DNA from: Campylobacterota bacterium
GTDB lineage: Bacteria > Campylobacterota > Campylobacteria > Campylobacterales > Arcobacteraceae
DNA length: 33,213 bases
Reading direction: 5' to 3'
Assembly (NCBI GenBank): GCA_051746405.1
Contig: JBNJFB010000023.1
Coordinates: forward strand, 1-33,213
Part shown: piece after piece, positions 16,560-24,678 of the stretch
How positions within the stretch are numbered: position 1 is the first letter of the stretch
Layout of the letters: each line of letters begins with the position of its first letter
Notes under the pieces: generated by a model
The model's database searches: none
Seen by the model: the letters and a program-made list of their open reading frames with translations, nothing else
Told to the model about the DNA's origin: nothing
Translations under genes and position numbers: made by a program

Positions 16560-18543
16560 GATTTTTACAGGTTTTTTAATAGTGTTTTTATTACAAAGTT
16601 CACTGTTTGCACAAAAGCAACCAATGAATATCAACTTCAATAATCTAAAAATTGAAGATTTAATAAAAATAACATCTAAAATTCTTAATAAAAATATATT
16701 ACTAAATCAGAAGATTGTAGGAAATGTTGATTTTATAACAAACAAACCTGTATATGAAGATGATATGTTGGATATTTTAGTATATGTATTAGCAGACAAA
16801 GGTTATACAGTAGTTGAAAATGGTGATATCCTAAGAATTGTTAGAATGGGAGAAGCATCAAAATATAATCTCCCAGTCTATTCAGAAAAAGCCAAAAAAT
16901 CATATACAATGATTACAAATGTGTTTGAACTAGAAAATCTCAATGTGGATTATGTAGCCTCAAAAATAGTACATTTAATAGGAAAGTCAGCAAGAGTAGT
17001 AACAGATAAAAAGTCAAACTCACTTATAATCACTGATTTTGTTGATAATATAGAAACAATAAAAAAAGTAATAGATAATATCTCTAAAGATAACGAAAAA
17101 GATTTAGTAATGATACCTTTACAGTTCACAGAAGCTCAAACAATAGCAACTGAACTAAATAATGTATCTAAAACACTATTTGACCAAACAATTGAAAAGG
17201 AAAAAGTTAGTATTTTCACAAATAAAGATACAAACTCAATAATCTTAGTTGGGCGAAATAGTAATATACAAGAGCTAAAACAGTATATACAAAAAGTCGA
17301 TATAGAAGGAAGTTTAGCTAAAACTGTTACTGAAGTAATTGGACTTAAAAATACAGAAGCAAAAAGTATAATTAAACTTTTAGACTCTATATTAAGTAAG
17401 AAAGTTTATAAAAATCCAGAGCTAAAACCATTTGTAGCATCTGATGATGAAACTAACACTATAGTAATAATGGGACCTAAAAGTGAGGTTGAGAGTATCA
17501 AAACTTTAATTGATAAGCTTGATATTGATAGACCACAGGTTTATGTAAAAGCTCAAATTATTGAAGTTAAAGATGATATGACACAAGAGGTTGGTGTAAG
17601 ATATGGTTTAGCTGGATATGAAACAAAACAAAACACTGGATTATTAGCATTTTCATCAGCTTTAACAGGAAGTGTTCCAAACTTGGGGCAGTTAGCTTCA
17701 AGTCTTGGGTTAAGTAGTACAACAACAGAAGATGGGACAACTACTCAAAATTCTGGATTAAGCTTAGACTCAGCTGGTTTAGCACTTGGAGTTAGTGTGA
17801 ATTTATTAAAACAAAATGGAGCAGCAGAGGTTTTAAGTGAACCATCTATTTTAGCTATCAACAATAAAGAAAGTAGCATCTATGTAGGTGAAAGAAGATC
17901 AATAAAAACAGGAACTACAACTACTGATGGTGGAAATACAAATGAGAGTTATTCAAGAGAGGATATTGGACTTACTCTCTCAGTTAAACCAAGAATTTCA
18001 AATGACAATAAGGTGATATTAGAAATCAATACTCTTCTTGAAGATATTTTATCAGCAGAAAATGCCGATCAACCAACCACAACAAAAAAAGAGATTAAAA
18101 CATCAGCTATTGTAAATAATGGTGAAAGTGTTGTTTTAGGTGGATTAATTCAAAACAAAACAGAAAAAGGTGTAGATAAAGTTCCACTTTTAGGGGATAT
18201 GCCACTTTTAGGACAGTTATTTAGAAATAATAAAGATGTTAATTCAAAAAGAAGTTTAGTTGTGATACTAACTCCATATATTGTTGAAAAAAGTACAGAT
18301 TTGGCAAGTGTAAGAGAGTATATCACAGAATTATCTCAAATAGAAAATAGAGTTTTAAAAGATTTAGAAGTGCGAAAGAAACAGAATAAAATCAGACGAA
18401 AAATTGAAGATAATAAAAGAGCTGAAAAAATTGAAGAGTTAGATGAAGAGATAAATAAATTAAATAAATCACAAGAAAAAAGTAAAGAAAAAAGAAGTGA
18501 CTCTCCACATCCTAAGTATGTAAGAGAAATGTTTGGATTATAG
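16546..18543 (+). CDS. gspD: Type II secretion outer-membrane secretin GspD
   Basis: Signal peptide; N0 (INFNNLKIEDLI); three Secretin_N repeats (SNSLIITD, TNSIILVG, TNTIVIMG); LDIDRPQVYVKAQIIEV; VPLLGDMPLLGQLFR; LVVILTPYIV. Confidence 0.95.
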   Translation: MRLTKIFTGFLIVFLLQSSLFAQKQPMNINFNNLKIEDLIKITSKILNKNILLNQKIVGNVDFITNKPVYEDDMLDILVYVLADKGYTVVENGDILRIVRMGEASKYNLPVYSEKAKKSYTMITNVFELENLNVDYVASKIVHLIGKSARVVTDKKSNSLIITDFVDNIETIKKVIDNISKDNEKDLVMIPLQFTEAQTIATELNNVSKTLFDQTIEKEKVSIFTNKDTNSIILVGRNSNIQELKQYIQKVDIEGSLAKTVTEVIGLKNTEAKSIIKLLDSILSKKVYKNPELKPFVASDDETNTIVIMGPKSEVESIKTLIDKLDIDRPQVYVKAQIIEVKDDMTQEVGVRYGLAGYETKQNTGLLAFSSALTGSVPNLGQLASSLGLSSTTTEDGTTTQNSGLSLDSAGLALGVSVNLLKQNGAAEVLSEPSILAINNKESSIYVGERRSIKTGTTTTDGGNTNESYSREDIGLTLSVKPRISNDNKVILEINTLLEDILSAENADQPTTTKKEIKTSAIVNNGESVVLGGLIQNKTEKGVDKVPLLGDMPLLGQLFRNNKDVNSKRSLVVILTPYIVEKSTDLASVREYITELSQIENRVLKDLEVRKKQNKIRRKIEDNKRAEKIEELDEEINKLNKSQEKSKEKRSDSPHPKYVREMFGL

Positions 18544-18551
18544 GAATATTA

Positions 18552-20045
18552 ATGAATAATAAACCAATACATGATATGAGTTTAAAGCCTTTAGAGGTTG
18601 AGGGATATGAACTAGCTTTTAAAAACTTTGTACTATTTTCAATTTATGATGAAGATGAAGTGATATGTCTAAATGACAACTATTTAGATGTTTCATTTGA
18701 TTATCTATCAAAAAACTCATTTGAACAAAAGGTGATATTTCTAACTGAAAAATCATTTGAAGCACTATATAATAAGTATTTGGAATCAAAAGCCGATAAG
18801 GAGATTATGCCCTTAGAGGATGATAATTTTGAAACTTCAGAAGAAGAGTTTGATGTAGCAGATTTTTTGAAAACTTCAAGTGATATATTAACCTCTGAAG
18901 AATCAGCACCTGTAATTAAGTTTGTAAACTCACTTTTTTATCAAGCGATGAAAAAAAGAGCTAGTGATATTCATATAGAGTTACATGAGTTTAAAGGTGA
19001 AGTTAGATTTAGAGTTGATGGAGTTTTAGCAAAACATATAGAGCTTGATAAAAAAATCATGAACCTTGTAGTAAGTAGACTTAAAGTTATGTCAAATATT
19101 GATATTAGTGAGACTAGAATACCTCAAGATGGAAGAATATCCATAAAACTATCAGGTAAGACACTTGATATTAGGGTGTCAGTTCTTCCAACTTTTTATG
19201 GGGAAAGAGTTGTTATGAGAATACTAATGCAAAGTGAAGATATACCTAAACTTGAAGAGTTAGGATTTGATGAAAATGTCATATCAAAAATAGAAAAACA
19301 CATAACACAAACCTATGGAATGATACTAGTAACAGGACCTACAGGAAGTGGTAAATCAACCACTTTACACTCTGTACTACAAAAGATTGTAAACCCCCAA
19401 ACAAACATAATCACAGTAGAAGACCCAGTTGAGTATAAATCAGATGAAATAAATCAAATACAAGTAAATGAAAAAGTAGGTTTAAGCTTTGCTAGTGGAT
19501 TAAGGTCAATTCTTCGACAAGACCCAGATGTGATAATGGTAGGGGAAATAAGAGATAAACAAACAGCAGAGATTTCAGTACAATCAGCACTAACAGGACA
19601 CTTAGTATTATCAACCCTTCATACAAACTCAGCACCAAGTGCAATAACAAGACTTATTGATATGGATGTGGAGAAGTTTCTAATAAGCTCAGCAGTATTA
19701 GGAGTATTAGCACAAAGACTAGTAAGAGTGCTATGTCCTACATGTAAAGAAGAGGACAAAGTAGGTGAGTTTTATGAATCAAAATACAATATAAAAGATG
19801 AAATAATCTATAAAGCCAAAGGCTGTGAGAAGTGTGACTATTCAGGATATTTATCAAGAAAAGCAGTAGGTGAGTTTTTTGAAGTAACAGATAAAATAAA
19901 AATGGCACTAAAAGATGATATCGATGATAAAACACTTAGTGAAATAGCTCAAAATGAAGGTATGATAAAACTAAAAGAGAAACTAAAAACCATGGTAATA
20001 AAAGGACAAACATCGCTTGAAGAGGCTATTAGAGTAGGTTTATAA
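18552..20045 (+). CDS. gspE: Type II secretion ATPase GspE
   Basis: RASDIHIE, PQDGRI, Walker A GPTGSGKS, TVEDPVE, LRQDPDVIMVGEIRD, TGHLVLSTLHTN and tetracysteine CPTC...CEKC. Confidence 0.95.
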   Translation: MNNKPIHDMSLKPLEVEGYELAFKNFVLFSIYDEDEVICLNDNYLDVSFDYLSKNSFEQKVIFLTEKSFEALYNKYLESKADKEIMPLEDDNFETSEEEFDVADFLKTSSDILTSEESAPVIKFVNSLFYQAMKKRASDIHIELHEFKGEVRFRVDGVLAKHIELDKKIMNLVVSRLKVMSNIDISETRIPQDGRISIKLSGKTLDIRVSVLPTFYGERVVMRILMQSEDIPKLEELGFDENVISKIEKHITQTYGMILVTGPTGSGKSTTLHSVLQKIVNPQTNIITVEDPVEYKSDEINQIQVNEKVGLSFASGLRSILRQDPDVIMVGEIRDKQTAEISVQSALTGHLVLSTLHTNSAPSAITRLIDMDVEKFLISSAVLGVLAQRLVRVLCPTCKEEDKVGEFYESKYNIKDEIIYKAKGCEKCDYSGYLSRKAVGEFFEVTDKIKMALKDDIDDKTLSEIAQNEGMIKLKEKLKTMVIKGQTSLEEAIRVGL

Positions 20046-20059
20046 ATAAAAATATTATC

Positions 20060-20092
20060 TATAAGAAATAGGGAATAAGCCTATTTCTTATA
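20060..20092. terminator. Hairpin between converging gspE and C10 protease genes (candidate bidirectional terminator)
   Basis: TATAAGAAATAGG (20060-20072) and CCTATTTCTTATA (20080-20092) form a perfect 13-bp stem with a 7-nt loop. The stem overlaps the protease stop codon and is followed by a U-rich tract on the minus strand. Confidence 0.65.
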
Positions 20093-22738
20093 TATCCAAA
20101 CTCCATCACCTTGATTTAAAGTCTGAATTAAACTAAACTTTTGTTCTATATCTTGATTTAAAGTATCATCTCCATAAGCTTCCCAGGTATTTGAAGTATT
20201 ATATTTCCATATTATATTAATATTAGAGTTATTTTCAAGTAATTCACTTGGTAAGATATCTTGTTTAACAGAGATTAAATCCCATCCACTATATAAGCTA
20301 CTAAAGTCAGTTTTAAAACTATCACCATAACGAGTTAACGTAAAAGATGAACTACTATCAATCCAAAAGCCATCATTTGGTTCTATATATGAGATTATTG
20401 GGATATTTGAGTTTTTTAACTTTTCAAAAGTATCATTGTCACTTGAATACGCCATCCATTGGTTATCTTTATACATCCAAATACTATTAACTTGTGGGTA
20501 ATCTTGCATAAACTTAGTAATACTAATCTTATCATCTGAAGGAAGTGATACTAAACTCCAATTTGAATTAATACCAATACTTGACTCTTTTGAAGTTGAA
20601 TAATCAAATATACCAAATGCATTTGCTAAATAAGAAGCAGAGGTTTCTACACTATCACAATTAAGATCAATACTAAAGTCATCCATTATATTACCATCAG
20701 TACTTTCAAGATTTGAGTATGTATTATTTGAAAAATCATATCTTGATGCATTTATTGTATAAATACCTTGAGTAAATGTATCAGTATAACTATCAGCACT
20801 AATAGTTGGATTTGCATCAACTCCTATATAAAAACCACTAACACTACTAAACCCTCTATCACCAGTTATTTCACACTGCCCATCTAGTAGCACATTAAAA
20901 CTTATGATGTCTTTATTTGTTGAGGTGAACTTACTTTTTAGTAAAGCATCTTTTCCTACTGTAGTATTTCCATCTAAAACTAATAAAGGAATAGTTTTGT
21001 TACTCTCTTTACTATTTGAAAAGGCTTTTACAGTAAGATTTGTATAGCCTTTTTTTAATGCATCTACAGTAATAATATTATCATCTACTGTTGTATTTAT
21101 GATACTATTATCACTATTTATTGTAAATAATTGTGAATTATCATTTGCAGTAGATGCATTTACTAAGAACTTCTTATTATCACCTATTTTCAAAACTTCA
21201 TAGTCCAAGTTTCCAAAAAACTTAGGAGCTTTTTGTAGTGATGAGTTTATACTATCTATTTCACTATTTGTTATAATACCTGTTGTAGTTGTAACTATAT
21301 AGTTATGTGTTCCTTCTGTCTCATTGCCATAGTAATACCCTGTATCATGATTTGTTTTTGAAACAGTGATGCTGTACATATTGGTATCTAAGTCTATACT
21401 AAAAGATTCATTTGATGCATAAATAAGATTGTTTCTGTAGTCATAAATATTTACATAAAAGTCAGGGCTAGGGTAGTAATCTGACTCTAATGTAAAGGTT
21501 GTATTACCTTTAGCATATATTTTAAAGCTATCCTCATCATCTAATGTCTCTAAGTTACCATTGATACTATAAGTACTGTTATCTGTACTTATTGATTTAC
21601 TATCTGTATCTTCTAAATCATCACCATTGTAACAATCACCAAGAGAGCTGTCACATGGCTTTATATTATGATATAATTCAAGGTTATTACTTGCTAAATC
21701 TAAATTCTGAACTTCTTTTGGAGAATCAATATTTATAAAACCATCATAAGCACCACCCCAACCAAAGTTTAGGTGCATAAACCTCCCTATTTCATCATCT
21801 TGAAAGTTATCAACAACAACTGCATGACCACTAGACCCTTCAGATGTTGCAGGAATAGATAGATACATTGGTCTTAATGCTGTTATTTCATCTTTTATTG
21901 TTTGAAAAAAAGCTTCTTTATCTACAGAGGTTATCATATCTATGTTTTTTGTATAACCAAAGTTTTTATATAAAATAGAGGGTTTAAAGTGAGTACCACT
22001 TCCATTTACACCAAATTCAGTCTTATTTGCAATACCTAAATCATAAAGTAACATAGCAACTTCATCTATTTCATAATCTTCATTACTACTATCTAAAGAT
22101 TTGGGCATATTTGTCCAGTTGTATTTTCTATTTAATATTGCTTCATAGGTTTTATTACCCCAAGTATGTGAGACAATATCACTACCTCTAGTAGGGTGTT
22201 GATGGTATCTCATGATTTGACCCAATGCAATATTTACACAACCTGCTAGAGTACTATCTCCATTTACATCTTTTGGCATATATTTTTGGTAAAAACCATC
22301 TTGATTCCATTGGGAGTTTAAAGGTAAAGTTTTGGTAGTATAACTATAATCCAAAGTTTGCAGACTTAATCTATTATCAAAATCAAGCAAATACTGTCTT
22401 GATGGATGAATAGTATCTGTTTCACTATTTTTTAGGGCTTTTAAGTCATTTTTAATCATATTTTTTACATCAGGTGGAAGATTATCAAAACTACCTTCAA
22501 AACTATATGACCTAATAGGTGAACTAGAAATACTACTGCTTATTACAGCATATCCACCACCACTGAAGCCTACAACACAACCATAAGTTGTATCTCCCAA
22601 CTCACTTATAATCAACTCTTTTGATACAATAGTTTTGTCTGAACCTAAATGTCCAAGCATACCTGTAGCTAACTTTTCACACTGTTCAAATGCAAATAAA
22701 TGTAATGATAAAAATAAACTAAAAATAATAAGTCTCAT
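20081..22738 (-). CDS. Secreted C10 family (streptopain/SpeB-like) cysteine protease with PPC/Ig-like domains and two C-terminal Trp-rich modules
   Basis: Signal peptide; propeptide-like GGYAVISS...PIRSYSFEGSF; QWNQ; catalytic Cys in AGCVNIALGQIMRYH; catalytic His in GHAVVVD; HLNFGWGG; then beta-rich domains (INGNLETLDDEDSFKIY, PPC-like). Confidence 0.9.
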   Translation of the reverse strand: MRLIIFSLFLSLHLFAFEQCEKLATGMLGHLGSDKTIVSKELIISELGDTTYGCVVGFSGGGYAVISSSISSSPIRSYSFEGSFDNLPPDVKNMIKNDLKALKNSETDTIHPSRQYLLDFDNRLSLQTLDYSYTTKTLPLNSQWNQDGFYQKYMPKDVNGDSTLAGCVNIALGQIMRYHQHPTRGSDIVSHTWGNKTYEAILNRKYNWTNMPKSLDSSNEDYEIDEVAMLLYDLGIANKTEFGVNGSGTHFKPSILYKNFGYTKNIDMITSVDKEAFFQTIKDEITALRPMYLSIPATSEGSSGHAVVVDNFQDDEIGRFMHLNFGWGGAYDGFINIDSPKEVQNLDLASNNLELYHNIKPCDSSLGDCYNGDDLEDTDSKSISTDNSTYSINGNLETLDDEDSFKIYAKGNTTFTLESDYYPSPDFYVNIYDYRNNLIYASNESFSIDLDTNMYSITVSKTNHDTGYYYGNETEGTHNYIVTTTTGIITNSEIDSINSSLQKAPKFFGNLDYEVLKIGDNKKFLVNASTANDNSQLFTINSDNSIINTTVDDNIITVDALKKGYTNLTVKAFSNSKESNKTIPLLVLDGNTTVGKDALLKSKFTSTNKDIISFNVLLDGQCEITGDRGFSSVSGFYIGVDANPTISADSYTDTFTQGIYTINASRYDFSNNTYSNLESTDGNIMDDFSIDLNCDSVETSASYLANAFGIFDYSTSKESSIGINSNWSLVSLPSDDKISITKFMQDYPQVNSIWMYKDNQWMAYSSDNDTFEKLKNSNIPIISYIEPNDGFWIDSSSSFTLTRYGDSFKTDFSSLYSGWDLISVKQDILPSELLENNSNINIIWKYNTSNTWEAYGDDTLNQDIEQKFSLIQTLNQGDGVWIYKK
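20084..20581 (-). repeat. Tandem pair of Trp-rich modules at the C-terminus of the C10 protease
   Basis: INSNWSLVSLP...IWMYKDNQWMAY...IEPNDGFWI and LYSGWDLISV...IWKYNTSNTWEAY...LNQGDGVWIYKK-stop. Confidence 0.85.
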
Positions 22739-22809
22739 AAGTTATTCCTGTTAAATACTAAATTACTAGCATTTTACAAGGAAATAACTTTAATATACAA
22801 GTTAGAAAA

Positions 22810-23014
22810 TCATCTAACCCAAAAACCTTCATACTTTTCAATACTTTCTATTAGGTTAATATCATTTGAGATTAGTTTACTGTTTATCTGGCTATCTTTT
22901 GCTATAGCCTTGTATTTTCCATCTTTATATTTCCATATGATACTAGTACCTGTAGAGTCAAAGAAACTATCAAAATCACTTATTTGCCTTGAACCTTGTA
23001 GGCTCCAAGTATTA
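22810..23014. repeat. 205-bp direct repeat, copy 1 (3' end of the S41 gene)
   Basis: Manual alignment to 24474-24678 shows 6 mismatches (all transitions) and no gaps in 205 bp. Encodes NTWSLQGSRQISDFDSFF...IIWKYKDGKY...EGFWVR-stop. Confidence 0.95.
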
Positions 23015-24477
23015 CTTTGTATTTGAAGTAAATCAGGTGAACTAGTTACTTTTATATCTAAAGGAATATTATCACTAGTAGAGTAAACCCAATAACCATA
23101 TCCATCTTCTAATGTATAAAGTTCATCATAACTTGTATTAGTACTGTCTTTTATCCAAACTTTCCAACTGTTATTTTCATATGAGAATATGGTAGTTATA
23201 TTTTCATCTAAATTATCCATATTCATTATATTATTATAAGGTAATGATATGAGATTCCAACCTTGATTTAAAGTAATAGTAGAAGCTTTATAAAAGCTAT
23301 TTAAACCCAGACTATTTTCATAGGAACAATTGCCATATTTTATATGATACAATGCTTCACTTAACATATTATCTTGAAAATCACTTCTTCTATAATTATA
23401 ACTATCCATTGTATTACAATCCACATCAAGTCCATTAAAATATTCACCTTCATAGTTTGCGTTATAGATTGAAAAATTTACAAGCCAATAAATATAATCA
23501 CCACTTTCATTATTATCATAAGTGTAGTATCCTTTCATGCCAACAGGTTTTCCATGTGTAGTTGAACCTATAAGATTAACATTAATATATGGTTTAAGTG
23601 AATTTATAACTATTTCACTTGCAGATGCAGTACGATTTGTAGTTAAAAAATAAACACTATGAATATCTATACTATTATCATGTTCCATAAATCTATAATA
23701 GTCATTTTTAAACTGATAGTCCTCATTCCAATTACTATATGATTGAATCATTCCTTCTCTATTTTTACCTGCAATTTTATCAAGTAATAGACTTGCTACT
23801 GCTAATGAACCACCATTGTTATATCGAAAATCTATGATTAAATCATCAATTTTATGAAGTTTAAAAAAATCAAATGCATTCTCAATCTCTTCTGATGATT
23901 TTGATGTAAATGAGTCATAGATAAAGTACCCTATCTTTTTATTGTTATCTTTTTGTATAAACAAATTATAACTACTTACTTTATAGTTAAAATCTTGTGA
24001 AATTACTTCAACTTCCAATAGTTTATTATCTCTTTTTATTAAAAAAGTAGAAGATGTATTTATTTGTTCTTGAGCATTATAAAAAACTTCTGAATCTACA
24101 TCATTACCACTTATCTTAAGAATTTCATCACCTCGTCTTAATCCAGCATCATATGACGGAGAGTCTATTAAAGAATGAATAATTCTATTCTCACTAGAAA
24201 CATAAAGTCCAAAGCCATAACTATATTGATTTTGACTATTATAGTACGCTTCAAAAGTTTGTGCGTAACTCCATTTATCTAAAGAATACTTATAATTGTC
24301 TATCATATTGTTAGGGGTTTCATAATTTAAATAATCGTCTTCTACTACTTTATCATGCCAGTAGTACTTATCGTGAAATAATTCATGTAAATATCTCTTT
24401 TCACCTAAATCAAATGTTGCAGCATTTAAAAAAATACTACAACATATTATGGATGTAAATAAAACTTTTAAAATCAT
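22810..24477 (-). CDS. Secreted S41 family (C-terminal processing-type) serine protease with PDZ domain and two C-terminal Trp-rich modules
   Basis: Signal peptide; YYWHDKV; PDZ (GFGL...SPSYDAGLRRGDEILKI); IGYFIYDSF; LIIDFRYNNGGS; TASASEIVINSL (catalytic Ser); IGSTTHGK. Its ATG overlaps the upstream stop (ATGA). Confidence 0.92.
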   Translation of the reverse strand: MILKVLFTSIICCSIFLNAATFDLGEKRYLHELFHDKYYWHDKVVEDDYLNYETPNNMIDNYKYSLDKWSYAQTFEAYYNSQNQYSYGFGLYVSSENRIIHSLIDSPSYDAGLRRGDEILKISGNDVDSEVFYNAQEQINTSSTFLIKRDNKLLEVEVISQDFNYKVSSYNLFIQKDNNKKIGYFIYDSFTSKSSEEIENAFDFFKLHKIDDLIIDFRYNNGGSLAVASLLLDKIAGKNREGMIQSYSNWNEDYQFKNDYYRFMEHDNSIDIHSVYFLTTNRTASASEIVINSLKPYINVNLIGSTTHGKPVGMKGYYTYDNNESGDYIYWLVNFSIYNANYEGEYFNGLDVDCNTMDSYNYRRSDFQDNMLSEALYHIKYGNCSYENSLGLNSFYKASTITLNQGWNLISLPYNNIMNMDNLDENITTIFSYENNSWKVWIKDSTNTSYDELYTLEDGYGYWVYSTSDNIPLDIKVTSSPDLLQIQSNTWSLQGSRQISDFDSFFDSTGTSIIWKYKDGKYKAIAKDSQINSKLISNDINLIESIEKYEGFWVR

Positions 24478-24678
24478 CTAACCCAAAAACCTTCATACTT
24501 TTCAATACTTTCTATTGGATTAATATCATTTGAGATTAGTTTACTGTTTATCTGGCTATCTTTTGCTATAGCTTTGTATTTTCCATCTTTATATTTCCAT
24601 ATAATACTAGTATCTGTAGAGTTAAAGAAACTATCAAAATCACTTATTTGCCTTGAACCTTGTAGGCTCCAAGTATTA
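24474..24678. repeat. 205-bp direct repeat, copy 2 (3' end of the lipase mosaic gene)
   Basis: Matches 22810-23014 at an offset of 1664 bp; three amino-acid differences (D/N, G/D, L/P). Confidence 0.95.

Noticed and set aside
10190..20045. Type IV pilus locus
   Set aside because: No PilT retraction ATPase or PilM-type gene. The major pilin has GspG-specific motifs, and the secretin has the N0-N3 layout next to a PDZ-containing GspC.
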